Both the position numbers and the translations under genes were made by a program. Below, in pieces: positions 13,275-25,780 of a DNA stretch of 64,000 nt. The notes below the pieces were generated by a model. That model worked only from the letters and a program-made list of their open reading frames with translations, had not been told where the DNA came from and searched no databases. Source of the stretch: Octopus sinensis (taxonomy: Eukaryota); NCBI RefSeq assembly GCF_006345805.1, contig NC_042998.1, positions 52,204,001 to 52,268,000 of the forward strand. The letters run 5' to 3'. Every line of letters begins with the position of its first letter. Position 1 is the first letter of the stretch.

Positions 13275-13585
13275 ATAGATTATTTTTTTTCCTTCACTAA
13301 TTTATTCTTATTTTAGTGTTCTTATTTTATTTATTATTTTAATGCCTGTCCATTTTTCGGAAATTTTTTGTCATACATCTGTGACCTCTTCAGTGACACT
13401 TTTCGCTTCCGTGTGAGTTCTTGCTCCACTGTGAATGGAGTAAGTGGAGCAAGAACACTCATGGAAAGGAAAAGTGTCACTGAAGAGGTCACAGATGTGA
13501 TGAAAGATTTCCAGACAATGGACAGGTGTTAAAATAATAAAATAAGAACAGTAATAAATGAGTGATGAAAAAAAATATACATATA
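13275..13585. mobile_element. Foldback element 1 with hammerhead-like motif
   Basis: About 150-bp inverted arms around a 12-nt loop (13431-13442); CTGAAGA-ggtcac agat gtgat-GAAA at 13480-13505. Confidence 0.75.
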
Positions 13586-14069
13586 GTGCATGTGTTTATT
13601 TGGCAAAAAAAAAATAATAATAAATAGAATGACCATCCCAAAATACAACAATACAAAGAAGTATAATATTTAATATTCAAGTAAGGTGCAGATGTGGTTG
13701 TGTGGTTCAGAAGTTCACTTTGTTACCATGTGGTTTCAGGTTCAGTCCCATTGTGCAGCTCATTGGGTAAGTGTCTTTTATGACTATCTGAACTGACCAG
13801 TGTTTTGTGAATAAATTTGGTAAGACAGAAGCCATAGTTAGCCCATTCTGTGTGTGCATGGATGTGTGTGTGTGTGTGTGTGAATGTGCTCGGACATTGG
13901 CATTTTATTTTGCTAGTGTTTGAGTAAAATGATGATGTTCACATTCCATAGTGACATTACAGCTCGTCTTTCAACACTTTCAAAGTTCTGTAGAATCATC
14001 CTCATTACCAATACCACCATCACCACTACCACCACCACCACCACTACCACCACCACCACTACCATCATC

Positions 14070-14260
14070 ATTTAATGTCCCTAGGTTGGATGGTTCGACA
14101 AGGTTCAGTAAGCTGTAAGGCCACGAGCTCCAGTGCCATCTTTGGCAAGTTTTTTTATGGTTGGATTCCACCATCCCAATACCAACCACTTTATAGAATG
14201 TACTGGGTGCTTGTTTTTGTTGTGCCACTGGCAGGAGTGAGGTTGCCAAGTAACTTGCAA
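14070..14260 (-). mobile_element. RTE-tail element (family C), degenerate
   Basis: catcatcatttaatgtcc..ggttggatggttcgac; the CAT/CAC run on its left is the expanded tail. Confidence 0.6.
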
Positions 14261-14359
14261 GGAAACAGAAGAACAAGATAAAAGAAAAAGCGGGAAAAGG
14301 AAAAAGAAGAAAAAGAATATTAAAAAAAAACTCATTCCTGAAAAATAAAGAAAAAAGGG

Positions 14360-14685
14360 TAATGATCCTCTCTGGTCTTGAATGACCATGTGATTGCACC
14401 TAGAAAGTCACTCTCTGAGGCATGAGTCCAGGTAAGGTTGTTAATGGAAGAGCAGCAGTCACCCATGCATACCAGCCTCTCTTCTCCATGTCATCGATGT
14501 TATCCAAAGGAAAGGCAAAGGTCCATACAGCTTGGGATCAGTGATGTCACAACTCATTTCTAAAGCTGAGTGAAGTGAATGTGAAATAAAGTGTCTTGCT
14601 CAAGAACACAACACACAACCTGGTCCAGGAATTGAAATCACTACCTCATGATTGTGAGCCTGTCGCTCTAACCACTGAGCCAGGT
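14360..14685 (-). mobile_element. SINE family D (tRNA-derived)
   Basis: Shares aagtgtcttgctcaagaacacaac...ggtccaggaat.gaaa.cac with 26790-27032 and 36905-37155. Confidence 0.7.
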
Positions 14686-14894
14686 ATAGGTATAAGATGG
14701 CCACAATAAAAGCACTCAGTTATAAAATCATGATTTAAAATCAATTGCAATCAAAGCAGACAAACTAACTTAGAGATAAATTTCTGTTTCCCATGTTTCT
14801 GTTTCCTATAACATTTGCTTGAGTTTCATCCTTTTGAGGCTATATTTCTAATGGTTTGATTGCCTGTGTGTTTTGAAGAGATTTATTAAAATAC

Positions 14895-15126
14895 CTATTT
14901 CTTTACTGCCCACAAGGGGCTAAACACAGAGAGGACAAACAAGGACAGACACACGGATTAAGTCGATTATATCGACCCCAGTGCGTAACTGGTACTTATT
15001 TAATTGACCCCGAAAGGATGAAAGACAAAGTCGACCTCAGCGGAATTTGAACTCAGAACGTAGCGGCAGACGGAATACCACTGAGCATTTCGCCCAGTGT
15101 GCTAACGTTTCTGCCAGCTTGCCGCC
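14895..15126 (-). mobile_element. SINE family B, near full length with 13-bp TSD
   Basis: TSD tttattaaaatac at 14882-14894 and 15127-15139. Confidence 0.9.
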
Positions 15127-16077
15127 TTTATTAAAATACATGTAACTGTATATATTAAGTGAAACCTTACAGTTTCATTTATGTTATTGTGAGAGTTTGA
15201 TTAAGTTCTTAATAAAATATGAACACTTTGTGATGAAGTGCTTGGAGTGGGTTGGTATTAAAAGAGTTAAATTAATTATTATGAATGAATTGCCAAATTT
15301 AATTCTTTTGATAGCAGCTCACCTGAGAGACTTCAAAGAATTTATTTTCTATAAAGTTGCTCATTCCTAGGATTCATATCTAAATTAATACATTCTATCA
15401 TCACTTTGTGTTAGAACCTTTCATTAAAAGATGCGTTTTAAACAACAGTTTAATAAGCAAATAAGTATGAAATTTTATTATTTGGCATTCAATTCCCTTC
15501 AGAGCTAAGAATATTTTTGAAATTAATGAAAACATCAACATGCAGATAGAGAATGTGTATTTTCATGAGAAATGTTTCCATGAAAGGGTTTAAAATCTTG
15601 TTTTTCTTCACAATCTGAACAACTCCAAGATTTTAATAATATCTGTGCTGTAGTTATTTAGTTACATGTCAACATTGATTGAGTAGATCTGTGATTAACA
15701 GGATATATATTTCAGATGTATATAAGGCTCATGGCCTTGTGTGTTAGCATGACCAACTCATTATTATAAGGTCAACTCCTTATTATACGGTTAGTTCCTA
15801 GATTAGGTAGCATGTTAAGTCTTGAACAAAGTACTTTATTTTACATAGCTCTGGTCTATTCAGTTGTAATGAACATCAACCAGGTGATTGGTGTGATTAC
15901 AGATAAGTTTACCATCATCAATACACTGTGAAGAAATTTCACCATGGAGAAAGTTCACTGCAAGGAAAGTTTACTGAGAAAATATATTCATAGTATCTAT
16001 CATTAATAGAAATTATTTTATTGCAAAAGAATCGAAAGTAATGTGTAATCAGGAATTTTATCTTCTGGGTTGAGACA

Positions 16078-16882
16078 TCTATATATATAAAACTCAACTT
16101 GTGTGTCTGTGTATTTAACTTCCAGGCACACCTCCTCCCAGACAACAAATCGTAGGACCACCAAAAATGGGTCACTTAAAGTTTAGGTGAATGAAAATTG
16201 AACTGCGCTATTTCTGTTCCGAAATTCATCTCGCAAGTGCAAAAATCGATAATGTGTTTGTTTAGGCCTTATCCCATGCATTGAATAGTGAACTTTACTC
16301 AGTCAGCTGTTTGACGTGAACTGTGTTCACAACGCATGCAAGCATGCGTAAATTGCATGAAAACTAAAAAAATCAAGATATAAAAACGAATCACCGTAAA
16401 CATTGTAGAAATTTGGCAAAGAAATGAATTTTCGGGATGTAGCCTGGAGGGTTTTTTCGTATCAACCGTTTGGACTTTGTGAACACATACCAATTGTTTT
16501 CATAACATTTTTAACGCTTTGAATTAAATGTGACCATTTTGCGTTGAGTCTGCAGTTTGAATCACTTTAACCAAATTTTAGCAGGTTGGATTTTTGATCA
16601 TCACGATACATTGCCAGCGACTCCCTGAAACTCTCCCCTGAAATCCCCGTTGAGAAATACTGATCTAAACGAACAATTCAACAATTTGATCAACAAAAAT
16701 TTATGAAATGCTTCTACGTACTTCCTATTGAGGAAATGGAACACATAAGCGCAAAAATAGAGAGCATTAAATGCTTGATTTTAAAATCAAAATAACTGAA
16801 TTTTGATTGGACTTCATCCAAGTTTAGCTTAATTCGCACGTGCATAGAATGCATGAGCACACGAGCCGGGCAATATTCCTAG
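16078..16882 (+). mobile_element. Non-autonomous Helitron
   Basis: 5' A|TCTATATATATAAAACTC; GC-rich subterminal cacgagccgggc followed by CTAG|T at 16879-16882; A/T insertion site, no TSD. Confidence 0.6.
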
Positions 16883-17729
16883 TAGTATGTATAAAATATG
16901 AAGACAAATAAGCTTAATTTAAATTTGCACTTTTTTTACAACATGATCAACACAAAAATTCAAATTTACATTATTCAAAATCATGTTTGAATCGATGACA
17001 ATGAATTGATGATAATGAATTTACCAGACATAGCTTGCTATAAACCACACCCCATCCAACAGTCACATCCTTAATGTTCCACTGAGTTAAAGGTTAGAGT
17101 TTTGGGAAGAGAGGTCATTTTTTAAAGTTGGTAGGATGTATTTGAAGGGGAGTTAGCTGCTATTTTTTGCAGGTCAAAGGCATGAATAGATGCACTTTTG
17201 TAGGCTCTTCAAGAAGGCTGATTATTGTTGTTTTAAATACCATATTCTCGCTGACTAAACACATATAATCAAAGGCATCTCAAACAAGATCATCCAATCA
17301 CCATCTATTTTAAAAGGCTTGAGGAGGCATCGTCTATCCTAGATCACATCATCGAAAGTATTATTTCTTCTTAAGCTGGCCAAGTAAATATGCAACAGCT
17401 CCCTTGTTAGTTCAACAGTTATATGTAGTTTCCATTAAGGCATAAAAGTAAATGAAAGTAACCTGATATTTACAACAAAAGTTCTATTGCTATTGCTGTA
17501 TTGTACAATATGAAACCATAACTTCAGCTTTTCAGCTGTCGTATTATGATAAATTGTCAATAGCAAATAAAAGATGCATAAACAGAAATAACAAACATAA
17601 AAATAAACAAATGGGAACTGGAAAGCAAAAAACTAATGTTGGCCACTAAATCTATGTTGCTTATATATCGATAATGTAACAGCTTGGCAAAGTAATTTTT
17701 TAGTTTTATTTTATTCTATTTATTCATTC

Positions 17730-17732
17730 ACA

Positions 17733-17764
<32 letters not shown>

Positions 17765-17787
17765 TTCATGAATATTATTATTATTAC

Positions 17788-17859
<72 letters not shown>

Positions 17860-17860
17860 T
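17730..17860. repeat. (ATT)n microsatellite
   Basis: Visible run directly upstream of candidate exon A. Confidence 0.95.
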
Positions 17861-17877
17861 TTCATTTTGGTTTTGAG

Positions 17878-17963
17878 TTTATCAATGAGTTACCTGAGTT
17901 CATTCAAGGTGTGCTAGTATTTAATAAGGAACTCGACATGAAGTTTGTGAAACTTGCTGCTAA
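17878..17963 (+). CDS. Candidate exon A of an unidentified gene
   Basis: ttttcattttggttttgag|...GCTAA|gtaaat; open frame FINELPEFIQGVLVFNKELDMKFVKLAA+AA (phase 0 to 2); GAG acceptor is atypical. Confidence 0.45.
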
Positions 17964-18365
17964 GTAAATAAACCTGTCACAATAAAATATTTAACTTCAG
18001 CTTAGGTTTAAAAAGGAAAAAAAAACGTAATTTTCCTCCTTTGTAAACACTTCTGTAAACGATATTACATGTATGAGTATTTATACATATGCATGTGTAT
18101 ATTAAGCTAGCTGATATTTTTTGAAAATTATTATTAGCATTGGTGTGCCACTGGAACAATAAATATTGCATCTTTCAGTTTAACTTTTTTATTCTTCTAC
18201 GTAAGCACAGCCTTACTTGTGTGGTTAAGAAGTTTGCATATAGTTTTAGGTTCAGTCCCACTGTACAGCACATTTGGCAAGTATCTTCCTTTATAGCTTT
18301 AGGCTGACCTATGCCTTGTAAGTGAATTTGGTAGACAGAAACTATGTGTCTATGTTTTATATATA

Positions 18366-18643
18366 TCATCATCATCATCATCATCGTTTAACGTCCGCTT
18401 TCCATGCTAGCATGGGTTGGACGGTTCAACTGGGGTCTGGGAAGCCCGAAGGCTGCACCAGGCCAGTCAGATCTGGCAGTGTTTCTACAGCTGGATGCCC
18501 TTCCTAACGCCAACCACTCCGTGAGTGTAGTGGGTGATTTTATGTGCCACCGACACAGGTGCCAGACGAGGCTGGCAGACAGCCATGCTCGGATGGTGTT
18601 TTTTACGTGCCACCGGCACGGAGGCCAGTCAATGCGGTACTGG

Positions 18644-18645
<2 letters not shown>
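18366..18645 (-). mobile_element. RTE-tail element (family C), well conserved
   Basis: catcatcatcgtttaacgtccgctttccatgctagcatgggttggacgg...ctggatgcccttcctaacgccaacc. Confidence 0.85.
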
Positions 18646-18684
<39 letters not shown>

Positions 18685-18982
18685 TGTATGTATGTATATA
18701 TCAACAATTATAACAATAATAATAATGATAATTGTTACAATGTAACATGGCGTTACCTTTAACTCCTTTCATATATAAGTTTCAACTGCACCGATTAGTA
18801 AGCATTGAAATTGCAACCCTACTATAATAATAGGGCAGTTTCTTCAGGGTCTTAATATCCTTCGACTTAACTGTAGATATATATATAAAGAATTAAAGGT
18901 AATGCTATGCTACTTCGTAATAATCCCTATTGTTATTATTATTGATATTATATACTTCAGGAAATCTATACAGTTGAGATAA

Positions 18983-19440
18983 TATTGGGTCATCCCATAA
19001 ATAATGCGTTTTTTATACTTTTACTTTTCAAAATTAAGATGAACAAAGTTCTTTTAAATCTAAAATAGACTCTCCTTCATTTTCTACAATGCCCTTCCAT
19101 TTATTTGGCAGACTTGCAAAGCCCCTCTTCTTCCAACATTCATTTGCTCATGAAGAAAAATACTCCTCCATTACTCTTCTGACCTCGTCTACAAGATTCA
19201 TATTTTTTCTGTCTAAATGATTTTGAAGACTGTGAAATAAATGATAATCAGATGGGGCAATGTCCAGTGAATATTGTAGGTGGAGCATCGCTTCCTATTC
19301 AAACTGCTCCAGCTTTTGGAATGTCATCCTCACTGTATGTGGCCGAGCATTATCCTGATGGAAGAACACCATTTATCTTGAAACCAAAGATGGTCGTTTT
19401 CCTTCTAGCGCTGACTTAAGCTGCTCAAGCTTCATGTAAT
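18983..19440 (-). mobile_element. mariner transposase C-terminal relic with one TIR
   Basis: Minus-strand HQDNARPHTVR...QYSLDIAPSDYHLFHSLQNHL; TIR ttgggtcatcccataaataatgcg next to TA at 18983-18984. Confidence 0.8.
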
Positions 19441-19699
19441 AGATCTCTTTTGTTTTCGTTTGGTTTAGGTTTAAAAGTTCAAAGTAAATTAAAACTAGAC
19501 ATTTTTTTTATTTAGATAGAAGTAACAATAACAACAATAGTAAGAATAAAAATTACAACCCCTATAACCATCCCAAACATAGAAATGATAACACTCACAA
19601 CCATAATAACGCTATCAATCATAATACACCTTACACCAACTCACTAGTAAGTAATTCTACCCACAGCACAACCAGTGCAACTGTAGAAATAAAGATAAT

Positions 19700-20095
19700 T
19701 GCGCCTTTGAAAATACTTGTAAAAGAAAAAATGTAATTTACCAGTGCACAGTCACAACACAGTTTAGTAAAAAGCTATACATAGGAAGTACCCAAAATGA
19801 AATGAAACGAAGGCTAGCCGCACACCAACACACTTTCAGAAATAGAAATAAGATTAACTCGACCGGATTAAGTAAATATATTTGGGAGCTTAAAGATAAA
19901 AATATTAGATTTATTTTAGAATGGAAATTCCTCACCACCACACCTTTGTACAATGTAAAAAATAAGAAATGCCATCTGTGCATCAATGAGAAATGTTTCA
20001 TACTAGAGGCCTGATACTCATTACTTACTTTGAGGGAAGAGAGAAATAAAGCTTGCCTGCACAATGGTAAGTTTATCTTCTCTAAGTACAAATGA
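19700..20095 (+). mobile_element. Penelope-like element, GIY-YIG endonuclease relic
   Basis: NVIYQCTV...LYIGSTQNEMKRRLAAHQHTFRNRNKINSTGLSKYIWELKD...CHLCINEKCFI. Confidence 0.8.
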
Positions 20096-21934
20096 TATTA
20101 AGTACCCCTTTGCATCATCTCCACAAACAGCACCCAGAGCTCTTCACCACAGAAACAGTAGAATTCAATACTAAATGATGGCATCTATTAGCTTCCAATT
20201 AAAGCTAGTTTAATAGTATTACACACCTAGGTCTCTTATAGGTAATCCAGCTTTAATATTCCTACACCAGCATATCTGAATTTAAAATTCCACCTCCTAC
20301 ACATAATAACTAAATTATATAATCTATTTATTAATTTATCCCTCCTTAATGCAATCTTCTCACCCCCTTTTAATAATACCAGTTCTTTTAAATACGAACC
20401 TAATTTAAAATAAAAAGGACATAAATATCCATTACCCCACTAAATGAACCTGTACCTACCACTTTAGAAATGGCTTTATTTGCAACTAACTTTACTTTCT
20501 ACACCATGTGTTAGCTTGTTTAACACTTAAATTTCATTCTGGACCTAATTTCAGTCAGCATGGGACTACTTCCATTTATTGGTGACCTCCTATTAGTTTT
20601 ACTCATTTTAGAAACCCCTTCACATTACAAAATTCAACACTTTAATATCAACTTCACAACTCTTTAGATAGTATCTGCTTGTACTTTGTATTGCATTTGG
20701 CACTTCCCTATGAGCTATTATTGTTCTTAGGCATAGTATTGTATGCATGGGAGTGCAATTGTGGTATGCACCCAAGCATGTTAGTAATAACAACAATATA
20801 ATAATATACATTAAGTATGATTGAGCAAGCTGTAGTTTTGAGCCTGCATCTGCAAAAATAATAGTGATTAGCAAATAATTAAATTCTAATCATTTAATTA
20901 ATTTTGGAGGATTTGTACTTATAATTATTCATAGGAGCACTAGGCTGAATGTATTTGGGTATGTTTAGCCAATTATTGTTTGTATAGTAAGACCACTGCT
21001 TGGGTACTGTGATTGTTAGTTCGGAAGTTAGACTTTGTATTATAATTTTCTAAATGTAGGGCACTGCCCTAGCCATTACCTCCCTTAACTGTAGTCTCCC
21101 CTTAACTGTAGTCCCAGTTTTATCCCCTTCCCTTTTCACTTTCTTAATAATTAATTTCCTTTCTTTGTCTACTAATTTATCACTCCTATTTATAAAGCAT
21201 TTGTCCTATCTTTCGTCCTCTCCTACCACCTTTACTTGCAATGGTCCAAATAGGGACCTCTCTAGGTTTTAATGACACTGTGGACGTTGTTCATTCGTTT
21301 GCATGGTCCCAATTTACATGTTCGTTTGTTTTTATTTATGATGTCCTGAGTGGTTTTGGGCCACTTACAACATATGCTATTTCTCCATACTTTTAGTTTT
21401 TATTTATTTATTTATTTACATCTACCTGTATAACAGTCTTTATAGCGTGCCTTTCTTTAAAAATTCAACCAATTATATCAAAAGCTGGACTTTGGTCAAT
21501 CCCATTACAGGCAATAGTTGGTTGGTCTTTACAACCACCTATTCAGTAAGTAAATAATTATAATTAATAGATGGGCATTTTTTTAGGATAAGCTATTAAT
21601 TAGTACTACTAACATAATCTTAAGAACTATTAGGATTACTTCTAAATGTTATGGCACTATCACACTCTCTTTTTCTCGACCTACTGGTGTATCCTGTTAT
21701 GGTAAAGTTTTTATTTTACTTTTTTTACTACTTATACACCCTGTTACCCCTATAGAAAAATTAACCCACCTACTAATATTTCAAGTTTAGTCATTTACTT
21801 GGTGTCCTGAAGCAGAAGATATGCAAAATGATATGATTTAAATATATGAAGCATTTCTTCTTCTTCTTCTTACGGCTCTTCTTTTCTTCTCATCTATGTA
21901 TTTTTCTTCACTCTGATGAAGTTCCATGTTCCAG

Positions 21935-22033
21935 ATCGGATGTGCTGCAAAATATGATGAATATTATTTCCAGAATTTTCAGTGGCAATACCATAGAGCA
22001 TTGGAAGCAGAAACAGCTGTTAGATGGGATAAG
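21935..22033 (+). CDS. Candidate exon B of an unidentified gene
   Basis: Long pyrimidine tract then ttccag|ATC...AAG|gtctat; 99 nt; open in two frames (SDVLQNMMNIISRIFSGNTIEHWKQKQLLDGI, phase-compatible with exon A; or IGCAAKYDEYYFQNFQWQYHRALEAETAVRWDK). Confidence 0.55.
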
Positions 22034-22509
22034 GTCTATTTGTATTAAAAAGTAATAATCGATGTTAGTCAATTGCTGTTGATCAATATTTTTCCATTTT
22101 CTGTTTACTTTATATATCATAAGAAAAAGAATTTCGATTATTTCCATGTTGTGAGCTGTAATGCAAAAAATACATACATATCAAATAAAAGAAAGAAAAT
22201 GCACACAGTTTACATAGTTTTAATATATTTTTAAATATATCTTATAAGTAAAAGTGTGTTTTTTGTTGACTAGGTTTGCTTTCGTTAAGTCATAACATTT
22301 AAATTATTGTAATCTCGTATTTTCTTAAGAAGGTTTTAGTCCATGTTGTGTATAGGAGTTTGTGAATACAATGAGTCAACAAGTAGAAAAATCTAAGGGG
22401 AGGTAATTGGTGATCATCATTATTTGGGACAGGGGAGATAATTGCTCTTATTTTGGGGAGGGGATAAATAAATACACAAAAACTCAAAAGCTAAAGTACT
22501 GAGTTGAAG

Positions 22510-23600
22510 TATTTAGAGTGATGGGTATGTGAACATGAATTAAAATATAAACTGAGACCAAAGTTGGTTATGTGCTCATATTTAGGTGTGTTCTGTATTT
22601 TTTGGTAGATAAATTTTCTTTGTTTAAATGTTCTTGTACAAAAATTGGTTCTTTGCACTGGTAGATGGGGAAAACTGTGAAGTTTGGTTGGATATTACCT
22701 GCACATCTCTCTATGTGTTCACTCAAAAGAATCTGCCTGTACTGTGGGAAACAGATCTGTTTCTTATGTAATGTGGTTCTCTGTCTAAATTCCATACTTG
22801 TCTGTCCTATATAGTAATGTCCACAACCTGAACAAGTTATAATATAAATTAAATTCTTGGACGCACAAGTGAAGTTGGTTTTAATTGTGAACCTCTCTCC
22901 TTGCTTGAACAGGCATAGGTTGGGGAGTGTTCCACAGTTTGGGCATCCACATTTTTTAACCATTGGTTTCGTGGTAGTTGAGTAAAGCTCCACATTTGTC
23001 AGAAGTCATTCCAGTGATTTGTGTTGCTTTTTGCATTTGATAAATTTATATGTTTTCAGAATGTTGTTCATTTTTCGATTCCTAGTAAGCATAGGTAGAT
23101 TTTGTATAATAGTGTTGTATACCTCATTTTTTCTATGGTTGTGTGCTGATATATATGGTAGTGTTTTGAGATGTATTGTGGTGCTACATTTTGTTTCCCT
23201 TAGTGTTTTAATGTCTAATTTCTTGGCGCCCTTAATTCCAACGTCTATAAGTGAGGGTGGATATTGTCTCTCAGTTAGTGTTGTTCCGAGGTCTTGAAGA
23301 CAGAGATCCTGGGTATTTCCATCAGACACTATTGTGCTAATCATTTGCTAAATTAAAGGGGATATTTCTTTTGATGTGTTTTGAGTGGCATGATCTAAAA
23401 AGAAGATATTGTTTCAAGTCCATTGATTTATGATAAATGTCAGTTACAATTTGGTTGTTGACTTTCTTTTAATCAGAATATCCAAGAAAGGGAGCTGTAC
23501 TTTGCTTTCTTCTATTGTAAATTGAATGTTATGGTTTATATTATTTAGTATTGATTTAAATTCCAAATGTTTATCAATGGTCTCATTCCAAATGATAAAG
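22510..23600 (-). mobile_element. Penelope-like element (Neptune-like): RT C-terminus plus GIY-YIG, frameshifted
   Basis: IQFTIEESKVQLPFLDILI; TDIYHKSMDLKQYLLFRSCHSKHIKRNIPFNLA; CGCPNC...NLIYIITCSGCGHYYIGQT...H...H. Confidence 0.85.
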
Positions 23601-23650
23601 CAGCCATCCAGATATCATTTCTAGTTAATTATATATATATATGTGTGTGT

Positions 23651-23682
<32 letters not shown>

Positions 23683-23876
23683 ATTTCGTTTTGGGATTTG
23701 GTTTGCAAGATTCTTTATGAGTTTGTGTGTTGAAGCATATTCTGTTGTGTCTGGGAAGAGTCATTTTCTTTTTGTGCCTTGTAATGTAACACACTCACCA
23801 CTAAAATTTCCACTTATTCTATTTTATTTTCCTTATCAGGCAAAAAAGAGAAAATGACTCTCCCCAGACACAACAG

Positions 23877-23916
<40 letters not shown>

Positions 23917-23918
<2 letters not shown>

Positions 23919-24288
23919 CATAGGAGTGGCTGTGTGGTAAGTAGCTTGCTTACCAACCACATGGTTCCGGGTTCAGTCCTACTGTGTGGCACCTTGGGCA
24001 AGTGTCTTCTACTATTCTACTATACCTTCGGGCTGACTAAAGCCTTGTGAGTGGATTTGGTAGACGGAAACTGAAAGAAGCCCGTCATATATATATATAT
24101 ATTATATATATATATATAGGCATAGGAGTGGCTGTGTGGTAAGTAGCTTGCTTACCAACCACATGGTTCCGGGTTCAGTCCTACTGTGTGGCACCTTGGG
24201 CAAGTGTCTTCTACTATTCTACTATACCTTCGGGCTGACTAAAGCCTTGTGAGTGGATTTGGTAGACGGAAACTGAAAGAAGCCCGTC

Positions 24289-24319
<31 letters not shown>

Positions 24320-24525
24320 TGTGTGTCTGTGTTTGTCTCCCCAACATCATCTGACAACTGATGGTGGTGTGTTTACGTCCCCGTAACCTAGCAGTTCAGC
24401 AAAAGAGACCGATAGAATAATTACTAGACTTCCAAAGAATAAGTCCTGGGGTCGATTTGCTCGATTAAAGGCAGTGCTCCAGCATGGCCACAGTCACATG
24501 ACTGAAACAAGTAGAAGAGTAAAAG
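23917..24525 (+). mobile_element. SINE family A with tandemly duplicated 5' half
   Basis: About 190-bp head repeated identically at 23917 and 24119; A box tggctgtgtgg, B box gggttcagtcc. Confidence 0.9.
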
Positions 24526-25149
24526 GGTAGGTGTAAAGAGTATAAATATATATATATATATTTATGTACATGTATTTATTCACACCCAGACATAAGTTGC
24601 ACTTTACAAAAATGGCTGGTTCAGTAGGTTTAATTTCATATATATATAACTTATTGATTTTTAAAAACTGAAAACTATTTCACACTTAAGAAACACATGC
24701 ATGCACACTCGCACCCACATGCCCACCTAGCATACATTGCCAATGAAAATATATACCTATTTCACAGAATATAATTTACTCAATCGTTCAATTATTAAGA
24801 GTAACTAGGCTAATATCACTAGAATGTAGTACCATATTTCACTCAGCTTTTTGAAACTAATCTATTGATTGGTCACAAGGATATTTGAATGAGTCTGTTT
24901 TATTCTCTCTGCTAAATCATTCAGCAGATGTTGTTAATTCAAAAATATCACAACAAAATAAATAAATAGATAAAATCTACTACAATATTTTTTTTTTATT
25001 AAGTATCGTTAAAAAAACAAAATTTTCCCATTCATCTAGATTTAACATACTTTTCTCATACATCATCATGTTATGCACCTGGATACATAATAAGTAGGAT
25101 TACCAGAGGTTACTATATGCTTAGGGTCTTTTAACTATTAGACATCTTC

Positions 25150-25665
25150 GTCCAGGAGAACATACCAGGGTTGAACAAATTGCAGCTTATGTCCAATTAG
25201 AACCTCCCTATAAATTGCTTAGATCTCCTCATCAGCGGCTATTTTTAATGTAATTAGTGCTGCCAAGGTGGTTAGCTTGATAGCCTCACACTCGCTGGCC
25301 CTTGTGATGCCTAGCATGTTGTAGGCTTTGTAAAAGACTCTCTGTGGCCTCTCTGTATCTAATGTCAAAGAAATCATACTTTGCTTGCTATAGATTGCTT
25401 CAGCATACTTCCAACTAGCTTAGCATATTGACCTTCTGAATATGGTTTTTTGGGGGAATGGAGAATTCTAATAAAGCCATCTGGCTGGCTGCTTTTATGA
25501 GCACAGTACTATATATGGCCTAAGTGATATTGATACTAATTTTTGTTGGAAATTCAACTGGTTCCCAATATTGACGCCTATTTTCCAGCTTTGTACTGTT
25601 GCTGTCAGGCCTGAGGAGATGATCCAAACATCTGATGCCAGCTTCACCCCAGCCTTGAATAATAT
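25150..25665 (-). mobile_element. HERO/NeSL-type RLE non-LTR retrotransposon relic
   Basis: Minus-strand FKAG...GLTATVQSWKIGVNIGNQLNFQQKLVSISLRPYIVLCS; QMALLEFSIP; YKAYNMLGITRAS. Confidence 0.7.
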
Positions 25666-25672
25666 CTATATA

Positions 25673-25740
<68 letters not shown>

Positions 25741-25780
25741 AGAGTGAGAGAGACAGACAGACAGAGAGGGAGAGAGAGAG

